From positions 231,944,001 through 232,008,000 of the forward strand of contig NC_086097.1 of assembly GCF_963921235.1 (NCBI RefSeq): 64,000 bases of DNA, read 5' to 3'. Under the pieces are notes generated by a model that was not told where the DNA came from, did no database searches, and was given only the letters and a program-made list of their open reading frames with translations. Position numbers and translations under genes: made by a program. The number at the start of each line of letters is the position of its first letter. Position 1 is the stretch's first letter. Source of the stretch: Mobula hypostoma. Its lineage: Eukaryota. Positions 47,959-60,604 of this stretch are shown here, piece by piece.

Positions 47959-48725
47959 CTGTGCCTTGTAAAAACATTCAGCCCCCAACTATTTGCTCAC
48001 ATAAATGACTATTACAACCAGGGATTTTGATCAGTTTAACTGAGAACTTTGCTCATTTTTTTCACAGTAGAGACCAAGAAACAGGGGAAATTGTAAAGCA
48101 TGAAAAACTATAAAGTATTCATCCCTTTTGCTCAGTACTTAGTTGAGCCACCTCTCACAGTTATTACAGGCAGTAGTCTTTTGGGATAAGTCTCCATTAA
48201 CTTTGTACAACGTGATTTGTGCTTCGCGATTATCATTTCCCTGACTTGTCTTGAATGCTCTTTTGTCTTCATTTTGGTCTGGTCTGTTGAAAATCTAGCT
48301 TACTGTTGGACCTTACAGAGCGAGGGGTTATTTATTCTTATGAATTAATTGAGAGAAACTGAATCTCAGAGCTGTATATGGTGACTATATATTTACTTTG
48401 AACTTTGGACTTTAAAAGCAATTGATCATCCTATTTCCTACACTGACAAATCGAGTGAGTTGGGAAGGTGATATACAGTATTGCACCTGAGGGAAGTTGG
48501 TGTAGTAAATACAAAAGGGATGAATACTTTTTCAGCCTCACAGATTTGGTTTTTAATTTTTAGTAAATTGTTGATTGATTTTGGATTTTTTGTTTTGATT
48601 TGACATGATGCACAATGTTTTGTCGAATAGCTTAAAAATCCTACCTCAATATATTTTAGATTTAGAAAATGAGACCATAAAATGTGAACATAGTTGTGAA
48701 GGCTGAATAAATTTCCAAGACACTA
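47959..48725. mobile_element. Tc1 IR/DR-type deletion derivative (non-autonomous)
   Basis: Outer TIR CTGTGCCTTGTAAAAACATTCAGCC versus GGCTGAATAAATTTCCAAGACACT; inner repeats AAAGTATTCATCCCTTTTG (~48112) and CAAAAGGGATGAATACTTT (~48512); TA on the left. Confidence 0.8.
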
Positions 48726-49911
48726 TTTTGTTATGAGATTATTGCATTGACTGCATAAACCACAACATTACTGCTTTTATTTTGAGAGGTTTCTATAAAA
48801 GGCCGCACAGCTGGGACCTTTCTTTAGAAGAATGCAGGATGACTTTATCTTTAAGAATGTGAAAGAATTTGGTAGGATTGATGTCTAGAAAATGTTTAGC
48901 CACTGGTTCATTCGACTGAATATGAAGGAAAAACAAGCTCATGCATTGAGAGGCAGGCTTTATGGTGTGCTATAAAGTAATAGAGAAGTACAGCACAGAA
49001 TCTGGCAATTCGGCCCATCTAGTCCATGTCAAAACCATCTAAACTGCCTACTCCTATTGACCTGCATGCCCTCCATACTCCTACTATCCACGTACCTATC
49101 CAACCTCTAGTAATAACTACCGTTTCAAAAGTGATGGTTAACAATCTACAATTGTAACCAAGAGACCCGAGAAAAGTAATGAAAAAGAACAAATTGCTTC
49201 TCATGCTATTTCATTGACACAGTTAAAACCTTCTTTAATAAATCAGAACATTGTTATCTTGAAATTGTCAGTTTAAACTCCAACATAATGCAGCAATGCA
49301 TTGATCTAGTCCCCAGAGAATCAGTTCAGGACAGAAATCTTGACTGAAGAAATGAATTAACTACAGACAGCACAGAGCACAGTTATTCTTCTATTAAAGC
49401 AGCTCAACTTATCGAGCTGCCCCCTCCATAAAATGGTCATACAGTGATATCTGTGTGTCAAGGGACTGAACTACCAACAATGTTAAGGCAGTCTTTATCT
49501 CAGGACCCTCAAAATCTTGAAGAGAATCAGGCTGCTTAGCAGGCATTAGGAGGGAAGTAGAATAATAAAGATCATACGGATGTCAGTGGTTTGTGTGGAA
49601 ATTGCACGTATTCATAGGACATGGCAAATTAATCACATTTGTTGCTGATGATATCATGGACATTAAGTTGATCATTCCAGCAGATCCTTTGAAGTAACTA
49701 ATTGACACTGACTCCAGGAAGGAAGAACAAAACAGAACCAAAAACAAATCAGCTGGAAGGTGGAAAGTTGTTGTTGGAAATATCAAATAAAAACAGAAAA
49801 TGCTGGAAGCAGCATCTGTGGAAAGAGAAATAGCCAATGTTTCAGATCTGTGACCTTTAGTCAGAACTGAAATTGAAATACATGCACTGATTTAACAATG
49901 ATTTAAACCTA

Positions 49912-50439
49912 CACTCGGTGACCACTTAATGAGGTACCTGATAATGTTGGCACTGAATATACAGCGGTCTTCTGCTGTTGCAGTCCATTTACTTCAAGGT
50001 TCAATCTGCAGAGATGTTCTTTTGCACACCACCATTGTAATGCATGGTTGTTTGAGTTGCTGTCAGCCTGAACCAGAATAGCCATTCTCCTCTGACATTT
50101 CTCGTTAACAAGATGTTTTTGCCCTCTGAACTGCTGCTCACAGAATGCTTTCTTGTTCTTTGTACTGTTTTCTTTAAAATCTGGAGGTTGTTACATGTGA
50201 AAATCCTAGGAGATCAGCAGTGTCTGAGATACTCAGACCACCCCATCTGGGACCAACAATCAAGGCAACTGAGATAGCATTTCTTCCCTGTTCCATGTTT
50301 GGTCTAAACAACGACTTAACCTCTTGACCATATCTGCATGCTTTCATGCATTGAGCTGTTGCCCCATGATTGGCTGGTTAGATATTTGCGTTAATGAGCA
50401 GATGTACAGCTGTACCTAAATAAAATGGCCACTGGCATG
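49912..50439 (-). mobile_element. Tc1-derived non-autonomous element (third copy)
   Basis: Colinear with 3360-3903; degenerate TIRs CACTCGGTGACCAC...TAAAATGGCCACTG. Confidence 0.82.
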
Positions 50440-50562
50440 TATGATTTCACATAATTTCAATTTGTAATGCAAATGTGTCCAACAATTGAACCATTTTTTA
50501 CAATAGGGTCTTTTAAGAGACTCCTGGATAGGTACATGGAGCTTAGAAAAATAGAGGGCTAT

Positions 50563-50564
<2 letters not shown>

Positions 50565-50620
<56 letters not shown>
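50565..50620. repeat. (GT)28 microsatellite (SINE tail)
   Basis: Perfect GT run. Confidence 0.97.
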
Positions 50621-50622
<2 letters not shown>

Positions 50623-50886
50623 ACTCCTGGTGGAGTCATCGGGGCGCTGTCATGACAAGCTTTTTTGCACCGATCGTTTTGGTATGCTCATTGTACTGCG
50701 TGTCTTGGCCATCTGAAACCTGGCGGAGCCCATCCCTCTCCAGGTTTTTTTTTATGAGGTCCAGTTGTTAGCTCGACGCTCAACCCAGGCAAGGATGGAG
50801 AGCATGTAAGGGAGCCGGCTGGATTTGAACTCAGTACCTCTCGCCCCGAAGTCCAGCACTGATGCCACTACGCCACCAGCAGGCCT
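50567..50886 (-). mobile_element. tRNA-head SINE with an RTE-like body and (CA)n tail
   Basis: 12-bp TSD AGGGCTATGGGT (50555-50566, 50887-50898); A box TGGCGTAGTGG and B box GAGTTCAAATCC; GGGTTGAGCGTCGAGCTAACAAC RTE-5'UTR-like motif. Confidence 0.85.
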
Positions 50887-51259
50887 AGGGCTATGGGTAA
50901 CCTTAGGTAATTTCTAAGTAAGTACGTGTTTGGCACAGCATTGTGGGCCAAAGGGCCTGTATTGTGCTGTAGGTTATCTACATTTCTATGTTTTTGTCAG
51001 ATGAGCAAGGGATTTAGCTGATGATCAGAAGGAGGTTTCCTTGCCTACATTTGATTTTTGTGCTCTGAACTTCATGTGACTGGAGACAAATCTTATAATT
51101 TCCAGGTCAGCTCTCACCTGACCATACACCAGCATGTTGCCTGACCTGCAGAGTACATCCAGAATTTTCTGTTTTTACTTCAGATTTCCAGCATTTTTGT
51201 TCCTCTTTACTATTTTTGAGGTTTTCTGTGATTAAGGACTAACTTGTAGAAATCCCTGG

Positions 51260-51356
51260 GCAACACACACAAAATACTGGAGGAACTCAGCAGGCCAGGC
51301 AGCATCTATGGAAAAGAGTAAACAGTCGATGTTTTGGGCCGAGACCCTTCATCAGG
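51260..51356 (-). mobile_element. Penelope pLTR fragment with a mutated hammerhead core
   Basis: Homologous to 60221-60320; reads CTGATGA AGGGTCTCGGCCC AAAAC. Confidence 0.8.
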
Positions 51357-51357
51357 G

Positions 51358-51618
51358 TCACGTGATGCCATGGGAGCAAGTGGCGGATGGTCGTATAAGC
51401 AACTAGTGCATATCATAAGTCCTGGTTATGTGACCACTGATGCCAGGCAGATAATCTCTGAAGAGTATTGATAATGGCTGAGGGTCACCCGTCTTGTAAA
51501 GACACTGTCCAGAAGAAGGCAATAGCAAACCACTTTTGTAGAAAAATTTTCCACGAACTATCAAGGTCATGGAAAGATCACCAAAGTCATATGACATGTT
51601 ACGTAACAAACGAACGAA
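51358..51618 (+). mobile_element. Short RTE-derived non-autonomous element (Bov-A-like architecture)
   Basis: GAAGAAGGCAATAGCAAACCACT resembles the RTE/BovB 5' UTR motif; (AACG)n tail. Confidence 0.55.
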
Positions 51619-51682
51619 TAACCTTTCTCGTATTTTAGTGTCTCCAGCAATAAGTTTTAAAAAATCAATAGAAATAAATAAA

Positions 51683-53185
51683 GAACATAGAACATAGAGA
51701 TTTACAGCACACTACAGGCCCTTCGGCCCACAATGTTGTGCCGACCATGTAACTTACTCTAGAAACTGCCTAGAATTTCCCTAGTGCAGAGCCCTCCATT
51801 CTTCTAAGCTCCATGTACCTATCTAAGAGGCTCTTAAAAGACCCTATTTGATCCGTTTCCACCGCCGCTGCCAACAGTGCATTTCACATACTCATCACTC
51901 TCTGTGCGAAATCCCCTGACATCCCCTCAGTACCTATTTCCAAGTGCCTTAAAACTGTGCCCCCTCGTGTTAGCCATTTCAGCCCTGGGGGAAAAAACCT
52001 CTGACTATCCACACGATCAATGCTCCTCATCATCTTATACACCTCTATCAGATCACCTCTCATCCTCCATCTCTCCAAGGCAAAAAGGCCAAGTTCACTC
52101 AACCCATTCTTATAAATTATGCCCTTGAATTCAGGCAACATCCCTGTAAATCTCCTCTGCACTCTCTCTATAGCATCCACATCTTTCCTGTAGTGAGGTG
52201 GCCAGAACTGAACACCGTACTCCAAGTGGGGTCTGACCAAGATCTTATATAGCTGTAACATTACCTCACGGCTTTTGAACTCAATCCCATTATTGATGAA
52301 TGCCAATACACCATATAGAAACGTAGAAACATAGAAAATAGGTGCAGGAGTAGGCCATTCGGCCCTTCGAGCCTGCACCGCCATTTATTATGATCATGGC
52401 TGATCATCCAACTCAGAACCCAGCCTTCCCTCCATACCCCCTGACCCCTGTAGCCACAAGGGCCATATCTAACTTCCTTTTAAACATAGCTAATGCCTTC
52501 TTAACAACACTGTCAACCTGCACAGCAGCTTTGAGTATCCTATGGACATGGATCCCAAGATCTCACAGATCTTCCACGCTGCCATTAATATTATATTCTG
52601 TCTTCAAATTTGACCTACTAAAATAAACTACTTCACACTTGTCTGGGTTGAAGTCCATCTGCCCAGTTCTGCATCTTATCGATGTCGTGCTGTAACCTCT
52701 GACAACCCTCCAGACTATCCACAACACCCCCCACCTTTGTGTCATCAGCAAACTTACTAACCCACCCTTCTACTTCTTCATCCAGGTCATTTGTAAAAAT
52801 CACAAAGAGGAGGGGTCCCAGAACAGATCCCTGCAGAATACCATGGGCAACCGACGTCCATGTAGAATACGGAAGGTCTAAAACCACCCTTTGCCTACTG
52901 TGGGCAAGCCAATTCTGGATCCACAAAGCAAGGTCTCCTTGCATGGGGAACCTTATCCAATGCCTTACTGAAATCCATATACACTACATCACCACTCTAC
53001 CATCATCAGTGAGTTTTGTTACTTCTTCAAAGAATTCAATCAGGCTTGTAAGGCACAACCTACCATTAACAAAGCCATGCTGACTATCCCTAATCAGATT
53101 ATGTCTCTCCAAATGCTCATAAATCCTGCCTCTCAGGATCTTCTCCAACAACTTACCCACAACTGAATTCAGACTCACTGGTCTA
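51683..53185 (-). mobile_element. CR1 RT-3' fragment with a nested CR1 tail (52313-52491)
   Basis: QGSVLGPLLFVIFTNDLD, SKFADDTK and LVRPHLEYGVQFW; second TAGAAAC tail at 52313. Confidence 0.92.
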
Positions 53186-53436
53186 TTTAAAATGTGTGGG
53201 GTATGGAATACAAGTCATATTACTATTCCATACTGCGTAAACTCTGAAGTTGACATAGTCAAGCTTAATTGGGCAATAGCTGATACTGGACTTTGTAATG
53301 CTGCAGAAAATTGTGTATCTCAGATGTTGCTATAAATGCAATCAATTTTAATCGGCTGAAAGTGAAATGTATGCATATCAACATTTTGTTTCCTTGAGAC
53401 AGACTGCTTAATCAGCAGAATATTGTTGGAAATTAT

Positions 53437-53803
53437 GAGAGGTGTACAAGATAATAAGAGGCATTGATTGTGTGGATAGTCAGAGGCTTTTCCCCAGGGC
53501 TGAAATGGCTAGCTTGAGAGGGCATAGTTTTGTGGTGTTTGGAAGTAGGTACAGAGGAGATGTCAGGGGTAAGTTTTTTTACGCAGAGAGTAGTGAGTGC
53601 ATGGAATGGGCTGCCGACGGTGGTGGTGGAGGCGGAAACGATAGGGTCTTTTAAGAGACTCCTGGTTGGCTACATGGAGCTTAGAAAAATAGAGGGCTAT
53701 GGGTAAAGTCTAGGCAGTTCTAAGGTTATGTTCAGCACAGCTTTGTGGGCCGAAGGGCCTGTATTATGCTGTATGTTTTCTATGTTTCTATGTTTTCTAT
53801 GTT
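53437..53803 (+). mobile_element. CR1 3' fragment
   Basis: YKIIRGIDCVDSQRLFP; (TTTCTATG)n tail. Confidence 0.9.
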
Positions 53804-53814
53804 TTAATTATAGA

Positions 53815-54750
53815 CCAGTGAGTCTTACATCAGTTGTGGGCAAACTATTGGAGAGGATTCTTTGAGATAGGATTATGAGCATTTAGAGAAGCATAGTTTC
53901 TTGGGGATCTTCCAAGAGTACCACAACCTTGTTATGGTTTGGAGGCTTATATACCCCAATGATGGAGAGCTATGGCTTTAGGCTTTGGCTCTTGGTAGGG
54001 TTACCAAGTCAAACAGGTCAAAGGGTGGAGGCCAGACCAAGAATGGTCCACTGGTCTTCCAGGTTTGGAGGTTTAGCTCAGGGCTAACATGCCTGAATGG
54101 TGAAACAAAATTGTTACCTAAACTGCAATGAAGAATCCTTCTACATCTGAGTGTGATGGTATTCCTGAGTCTCCACCTTGGACTTGCATGACTGACAGTA
54201 GTGAAAAAAGGTACTGACACGACAAAGGAAGCCCTGAACACTGCCAGAAATGGAGGACATTCATTGCTTCCCTAAATACCAGCAGTGTAATGGGCAGAAG
54301 AAGTCAACATAACTTTGTAAAGGACAGTTCATGAGCCTAAATGAGTTTTATGTGGATGAGACAAAACAGCTTGCTGAAGGTAGAGTGGTGGATGTGGTGT
54401 ATAGGGATTTTAGTAAGACCTTTGACAGGGTTCCCCATGGTAGTTCATGCATAAAGTCACAAGGCATGGGATCTGTGGAAACTTGGCTGTGTGCATTAAG
54501 AATTGGCTTGCCCACAGAGAGCAGAGCATGATAGTCGAAGGGGCATATTCTCGCTGGAGGCCGGTGACTGGTGGTGTTCAGCAGAGATCTGTACTAGAAC
54601 CTTTACTCTTTGTAATTTTTATAAACTTGGAAAAGGAAATGGAGGGGGGTGGATTAGCAAGTTTACAGATGACATGGAGGTACTGTGGATAGTGTACAAA
54701 TTTTAGTGTTATTTTACAACAGGATATAGCTAGGATACAGAGATGGGTGG
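53815..54750 (+). mobile_element. Older CR1 RT fragment split by an RTE element
   Basis: VDVVYRDFSKTFDRVPH and SVLEPLLFVIFIN. Confidence 0.8.
53907..54303 (+). mobile_element. Non-autonomous bipartite RTE (sister of 15592-15933)
   Basis: Colinear homology with 15592-15933 over both ends. Confidence 0.75.
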
Positions 54751-54924
54751 TAAAAGAGTAGTGAAACACATTGCTCTTTTGATTGTTAAGAACGTAAAGG
54801 TGAAAGTATGATGTTTACAATGCTATAGAATATCACAAACCTGCAGACAGATATTGCAGAAAATAGGAAGGAATCTAAGTCTAATTTTCAAATCATCCCC
54901 AAGATGCGGTGTTTTTGGGAAAGC

Positions 54925-55380
54925 CAGAATTTATTGCATATTAACTGGCTGCATCAGAAATGGGGATGGGGCTACCGTATATAAGCTGCAGAGAGATGCA
55001 AACTTAGCGCCATGGGCACTATCTTCCATAGTACCCAGGACATCTTCAAGGAGCGATGCCTCAAAGGTGACATCTATTATTATAGATCCCCATCACCCAG
55101 TTCATGCCCTGTTCTCATTGCAACCATCAGAAAGGAGGTACAGAAGTCTGCAGGCACACACTCAATGATACAGGAACAGCTTCTTCCCCTCTGCCATTCA
55201 ATTTCTGAATGGGCATTGAACCCATGAAAACTACCTTGCTACTTTTTTATTTCTATTTTGCACTACATATATAATAGTTAAATTAAATATATGTTTACTG
55301 TAATTTACATTTTTTCTATTATTTATTGCATTCTAGGACAACAAATTTCACAACATACGCTGGTGATATTCTGATTCTGA
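54925..55380 (+). mobile_element. Rex1/Babar 3' fragment
   Basis: HALFSLQPSERRYRSLQAHTQ; TTCTGATTCTGA tail. Confidence 0.85.
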
Positions 55381-56949
55381 TATTTATTTTATTGCTGCTG
55401 GTGAGTCTTCTACAAGTAAAACAGAATGATTTTTGAAGCAGCTAATACAATGTGTGCTTTTCATGGAATATAGACAGAGACATATAATAACCATACCATA
55501 TCTATAGTCCTCAAAACAAACACGAAAGGAAATTATCCTTGATAATAAATATTGAATCAGTTATGACCTGACCAATACTGAAATTTCATATAGCTCTTGA
55601 TTATGGTAGATTAATGCACAAAACATAAAATTATGAAATATATTTATAGTTAATAGGAGAAAATCTTTTCTTTAGTTGAGGAAAGTTTATTAATTCAAAA
55701 TTGTGTGGGACTTGTATTTATCCAGAGAGTTGTTGAACACTGGGCTGCTCTGTCACAAATTGAGTCAATAAGTATTTCTTTTAGAATAAAGTTAATACGT
55801 AGAAGTTTAAGGGCGTCTTCTTACACAGATGCTCATGATTGAGAATCTCTTGCTTCCCCAGTTCTGTAGATTTTGAGGTGACTGAAAAGACTGATATGAG
55901 AACACCTGCCTATCATAGATAGGCCAGGAGCAACTTGATGCTTTATGCATGCGGCAAGGTGGTATATGCATATATGCATTTGGATAAATGTATGGATAAG
56001 AGAAAACAAGCAACCAATATTATACCCATAAAACTTTTATGATTGTGATTGAATAATTACAAGTGAAGGGTGGGGGTGTAAAAACATGACTCCTCTTAAG
56101 TAATAACGTTTTAGCTTTTGAAAAAGTTGAACAAGGAGAGAATAATGTAGTTGTAAGTAGTAAAAAAATACTTTGTGGATCATGTCACACTGCTCACCTC
56201 GCTCCCTTCCTTCCAGTCTGTCTCACATCCACAAATCCCAATGAAAACCTGAACATGAAAGTGACTCCATGCCATGAAGAAAGACTCTGTCTTGTGTGGT
56301 AAAAATATTTCCCAGGAGTGACCCTTTAAGCTGCTGAAGCCACTTAACTCCCACAACGCGAGCCTAACTCCACGATCCCACTGTCCACACAGGAACGAAG
56401 CTTCAATCAAAGATGGGAAACAATGTAGATTAGTTAATTGAATGTGACCCTGCACATGTCACCAGTGTCAGCGTGGGCTCAGATGTGTGAGGCGCCTTGC
56501 CTCACTTCCAGGGGTGATCACGCCAGAGAGGAAAATCTACGTCTACAAAAAGTCTCCTTAACTTCCTCTCAATCTCTTACAACATCCGCCCATAGGAAGC
56601 CAAAGCCTGAACTTCTTTAGAGTTATAGCGCTTGGTTCATTGTCTTTTGAACTTGTGTTTCCACCTCTATGCTGCTTAGTAATCCCACACATTCACTTCT
56701 AAAGGAGAAGTGGTATTCAAGTCTTTTTTTCATCTGGGTGTATATGTTAACTGCAATTTTATCTTATTAGTGACTTTCTTTGAAACTATTATAAATATTC
56801 CCTCAGAGCAGATATTCATTAATATCAAAATACATGGCAAAACAAGGTAAAGTTTTCAATACTTTCTGCTTGTGTTTCAATAAGATACAAAAACATCAGC
56901 AACATAATCCCAAAGGTTGATGGATCATAACTATCCTCTGCTACAGGAA

Positions 56950-57155
56950 GTGGCGCTGTACTGTAGCAGCGAGTGAAATGCTATTACAGTGCCATCGACC
57001 TACGTTCATGTTCTGCCACTGCCTGAAAGGAGCTTATACCTTTCCCTTCTGTATTCCGAAGGTGTAGGGTTGGTAGGTGAGTTGGTCATATGGGTGTAAT
57101 TAGGCAGTATGGGCACATTGGACCAAAGGGCCTGTTACTGGGCTGTATCTCTCAA
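56950..57155 (+). mobile_element. Decayed V-SINE-like SINE
   Basis: Homologous to 46118-46355 (ATGCTATTACAGTGCCA; TTGGTCATATGGGTGTAAT). Confidence 0.65.
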
Positions 57156-57817
57156 TTTTTAAAGGAAGTATTTTTATCAGTAGGAAAGAGTTGATGGAAT
57201 TCATTGCTACTGATTTTTCAAGACTGGTGTGCATATTTACAGTTAAGTGCTGGTCTATAGCACAGTTGAAAAGCAGGATCATTGGTTACTGACAGGGAGC
57301 TCTATTTTACAAATGTCTGCACTGTTTGATGCTTGCTATAACTGCTGCTGAATTAAAAGAACCATTATGCATTGAAAGGATTCCTTAATAAATAGTTGCA
57401 TTTATTATAACAATATACATGCTGCTAATTTAATGTGTGAAATTCGCTGCATTCATCATACCAGTTTACAGCTGGCTGATTGAAATGCTGGTCCTTAACT
57501 GTCACAGCGACCTCTTTGATCAGTGGAGAATAGAGGGGTCTCTCTCTGATCAGGTTCCTCCCTAACTAAATCATCCCAAACACTTCAGAAACCTTCGACA
57601 GCTGCTTACATAAACACTGTACCATACATATATATTTAACAGCTTCAGCCCTATGAAACTTCACTGCAATCTTCTGTGCAAGTTGTCAATGGGACAAATT
57701 GTTGAACCGTACAACAAAAGAAGTTAAGTTTGTGCTATAGTAAAACAAATCTTATCCCATATACACATATAAAAAAATCCATTTGAAATTTAACATAACT
57801 ATTTCAAATGCCTCTAG

Positions 57818-58150
57818 GGTCTTGCCCTGACACTATCTCTACAAACTCCTCCAGCCCTACAATCCTCCAAGGTATCTGAGCTCTTTTTATTTTGGACACT
57901 TGATCATGTCAAACTTTAATTATTCCAACAATGGTGGCTTTATCTAAAGCTGCCAAGACGCCAGATTCCAAAATTCCCTCCCTAAAGCTCTGTGCGTGTC
58001 TCTCTCCTTCTTCTCTTTAAAAAGTATTTCTTTTCAAAGGTTTGGTTATCTGCCCTCGCATCCTCATGTGGCAAGCTGCTAAACTTTGACAATGATCCTG
58101 CAAAACATCTTGGACTACTTGAATATATTAAACAATTATGTAAATCTTAA
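57818..58150 (+). mobile_element. Old L2-like LINE 3' remnant
   Basis: Degenerate LA..YL.KLLQPYNPPRYL coding end and NSLP motif, followed by an L2-type UTR. Confidence 0.55.
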
Positions 58151-58440
58151 ATGGGATGCTGACATGTGTATATGAGTTAAGATCAATTTACTATAGCACA
58201 ATTTTTAACTTCTCTCATTGTGATCTTAAATTATTAATGCCGTGGACAGCTTATACAATGCAAGCACAAGTTATTACTCCACGATTATCATGATCCTGAA
58301 CCAGAGAGGATAACTTCACTCATCTTCTCTTGCCCCGTCACTGAACTGTTCCCAGACCCTATGGACTTATTTTCAAGTATTCTTCATCTCATGTTCTTAA
58401 TATTTAGTGCTTATTTATATATTTATTATTATCATCATTG

Positions 58441-58752
58441 TGTGGGCACGTGGCCAAGTGGTTAAGGCATTGGACTAGCGACCTGAAGGTCGTGAGTTCG
58501 AGCCCCAGCCGAGGCAGCATGTTGTGTCCTTGAGCAAGGCACTTAACCACACATTGCTCTGTGGCGACACCGGTGCCCAGCTGTATGGGTCCTAATGCCC
58601 TTCCCTTGGACAACATTGGTGTTGTGGAGAGGGGAGACTTACAGCATGGGCAACTGCTGGTCTTCCATACAACCTTACCCAGGCCTGTGCCCTGGCGAGC
58701 GAAGACTTTCCAGGTGTAGATCCATGGTCTCGCAAGACTAACGGATGCCGTT
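58441..58752 (+). mobile_element. tRNA-derived SINE with a CORE-like domain and RTE-type 3' module
   Basis: A box TGGCCAAGTGG and B box GAGTTCGAGCCC; GTGTCCTTGAGCAAGGCACTTAAC is CORE-like; 3' half resembles the reverse complement of 6995-7140; imperfect ~15-bp TSD ATTATTATCATCATT/ATTATTATCACTATT. Confidence 0.85.
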
Positions 58753-58812
58753 AAATTATTATCACTATTTCTTTTACTGTCTTTTTTATTGTCTTTTGTA
58801 CACTGGTTGTAC

Positions 58813-59287
58813 AAACACTAAACTAAGCATGACAACCCACCTCAGAGTACTGAAATGTCACATTTATCCAGTTATGTTATATGGCTCAGAATGTTGGACA
58901 ATATCTAGTAACATGAGGAAATGAATTGAAGCAGCAGAGCTGTGGTTTTTGAGGAGGATGCAAAGAATATCATGGATGAAGCAAACATCCAATGAGGATA
59001 TCATGAACAGAGCAAACACAAAAAGAGAAATAATATATGAGATCATGAAAAGGCAACATAACTTCATTGGACATGTGATTAGGAAAGAAGAGTTAGAATG
59101 CACGGTAATTATAGGAAAGATTGAAGGGAAGAAAGCAAGAGGAAGACAAAGACAAATGATGACGGAGACAGCAGCCAGACAACTGGAAATGAATGCCAAT
59201 GAATTGATCCACTTGACCCGAAACAGGAGTGTGTGGGCCATGGCAGTCAAAGCTCAAACTGGGCGTGGCACCTGATGATGATGATGA
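58813..59287 (+). mobile_element. RTE-clade LINE 3' fragment
   Basis: YPVMLYGSECWT, RRMQRISW, FIGHVIRK and GKIEGKKARGRQR; (TGA)n tail; TSD CACTGGTTGTAC/CAGTGGTTGTGC. Confidence 0.9.
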
Positions 59288-60217
59288 CAGTGGTTGTGCA
59301 CCCTGTTGGCTTGGTCTTTCATTGATTCTGCTGTGGTTAATGGATTTTTTGAGTATGCCGGCTAGAAAATGAATCTCAGGATAATATATGGTGACATATA
59401 TGTACTTTGATAATAAATTTACTTTGGAGTTTGAACTTTGAAGATTCAGTTGTTGTAAATCGGGATTTCATCTTTTGGGCTTAATTTGGAATAACTCTTT
59501 AACTCATAATGAGATATGCTATACTTATTTCTCAAATGTTCCATAATTCTATTTTTTGTGTGAAGTTTTAATGGAATAACCAGTACTTACTCATTATAGA
59601 GAAGAATTTTCAACTCTAGTGTTGTAACAACTAATTTGAATTTTTTCAAATCAGATTTCAGATTGGGATTTGCATAGATATTAGGTGTTTTCAAATAAAT
59701 TAAGCATAACAACCAGCAAACTGCCCAATAAAAAATGATGCAGTACCTGATCAGAACAGAAGGCCATAGAACATTTCACATGGAGACAGATCACTAATGA
59801 TGTGAAATTTGCAGATTATGAATACAAGTAAACACTGATTATTTGCATGCTTTCTTTCCACTGAGGCCACACATCTGCTGTCACCTTTCAATACTAAGTT
59901 ATCTCAGTATTAGGTAACAGAATTCTCAGTACAGTAAATGATTTAAATTGAATTTAAAACTGGAGTGAATATTAAATAAATTCACAGAAATCTTCTGACT
60001 AATTAATTACAAAATGTTACCTGAATGCTTTAAGCGCTAGAAGTTCAAAGTTCAACGTAAATTTATTATCAAAGTACATATATGCCACCATATGCCACCC
60101 TGAGATTCTTTTTTGTGAGCATATTCTATAGAAAGAATAACGATTTATAGAATAATAACCAAAACAGAATCAACAAAGGACTGCCCAACTAGGGCTTTCA
60201 ACCAAGTGCAGAAGAAA

Positions 60218-60571
60218 GCAAGTAACACACATCAAAATTTCTGGTGAACGCAGCAGGCCAGGCAGCATCTCTAGGAAGAGGTACAGTCGACGTTTCGGGC
60301 CGAGACCCTTCGTCAGGACTAACTGAAAGAAGAGATAGAAAGAGATTTTAAAGTTGGGGGGGGGGAGATCTGAAATGATAGGAGAAGACAGGAGGGGAGG
60401 GGTGGAGCTAAGAACAGGAAAGTTGATTGGCAAAAGGGATACGAGGCTGGAGAAGGGAGAGGATCATGTGATGGGAGGCCTAGGGAGAAAGAAAGGGGGA
60501 GGGGAGCCCAGAGAATGGGCAAGGAGTTATAGTGAGAGGAACAGAGGGAGAAAAAAAGGGAGGGAGAAATA

Positions 60572-60604
<33 letters not shown>

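Larger units (their letters stand above)
50500..50992 (+). mobile_element. CR1 3' tail split by a SINE
   Basis: Matches 33060-33224 and 53640-53803. Confidence 0.85.
58280..59442 (+). mobile_element. Rex1 3' UTR hosting a SINE and an RTE insertion
   Basis: Matches 20330-20680 once the two inserts are removed; (TTTGAAC) tail. Confidence 0.75.

Noticed and set aside
56198..56401. Minus-strand segment bounded by AG and GAG|GTGAGC
   Set aside because: The peptide is unrecognisable and there is no supporting neighbouring exon.
58442..58515. tRNA gene
   Set aside because: It continues into a SINE body, is flanked by a TSD, has no T-run terminator and has a poor acceptor stem; it is a SINE head.
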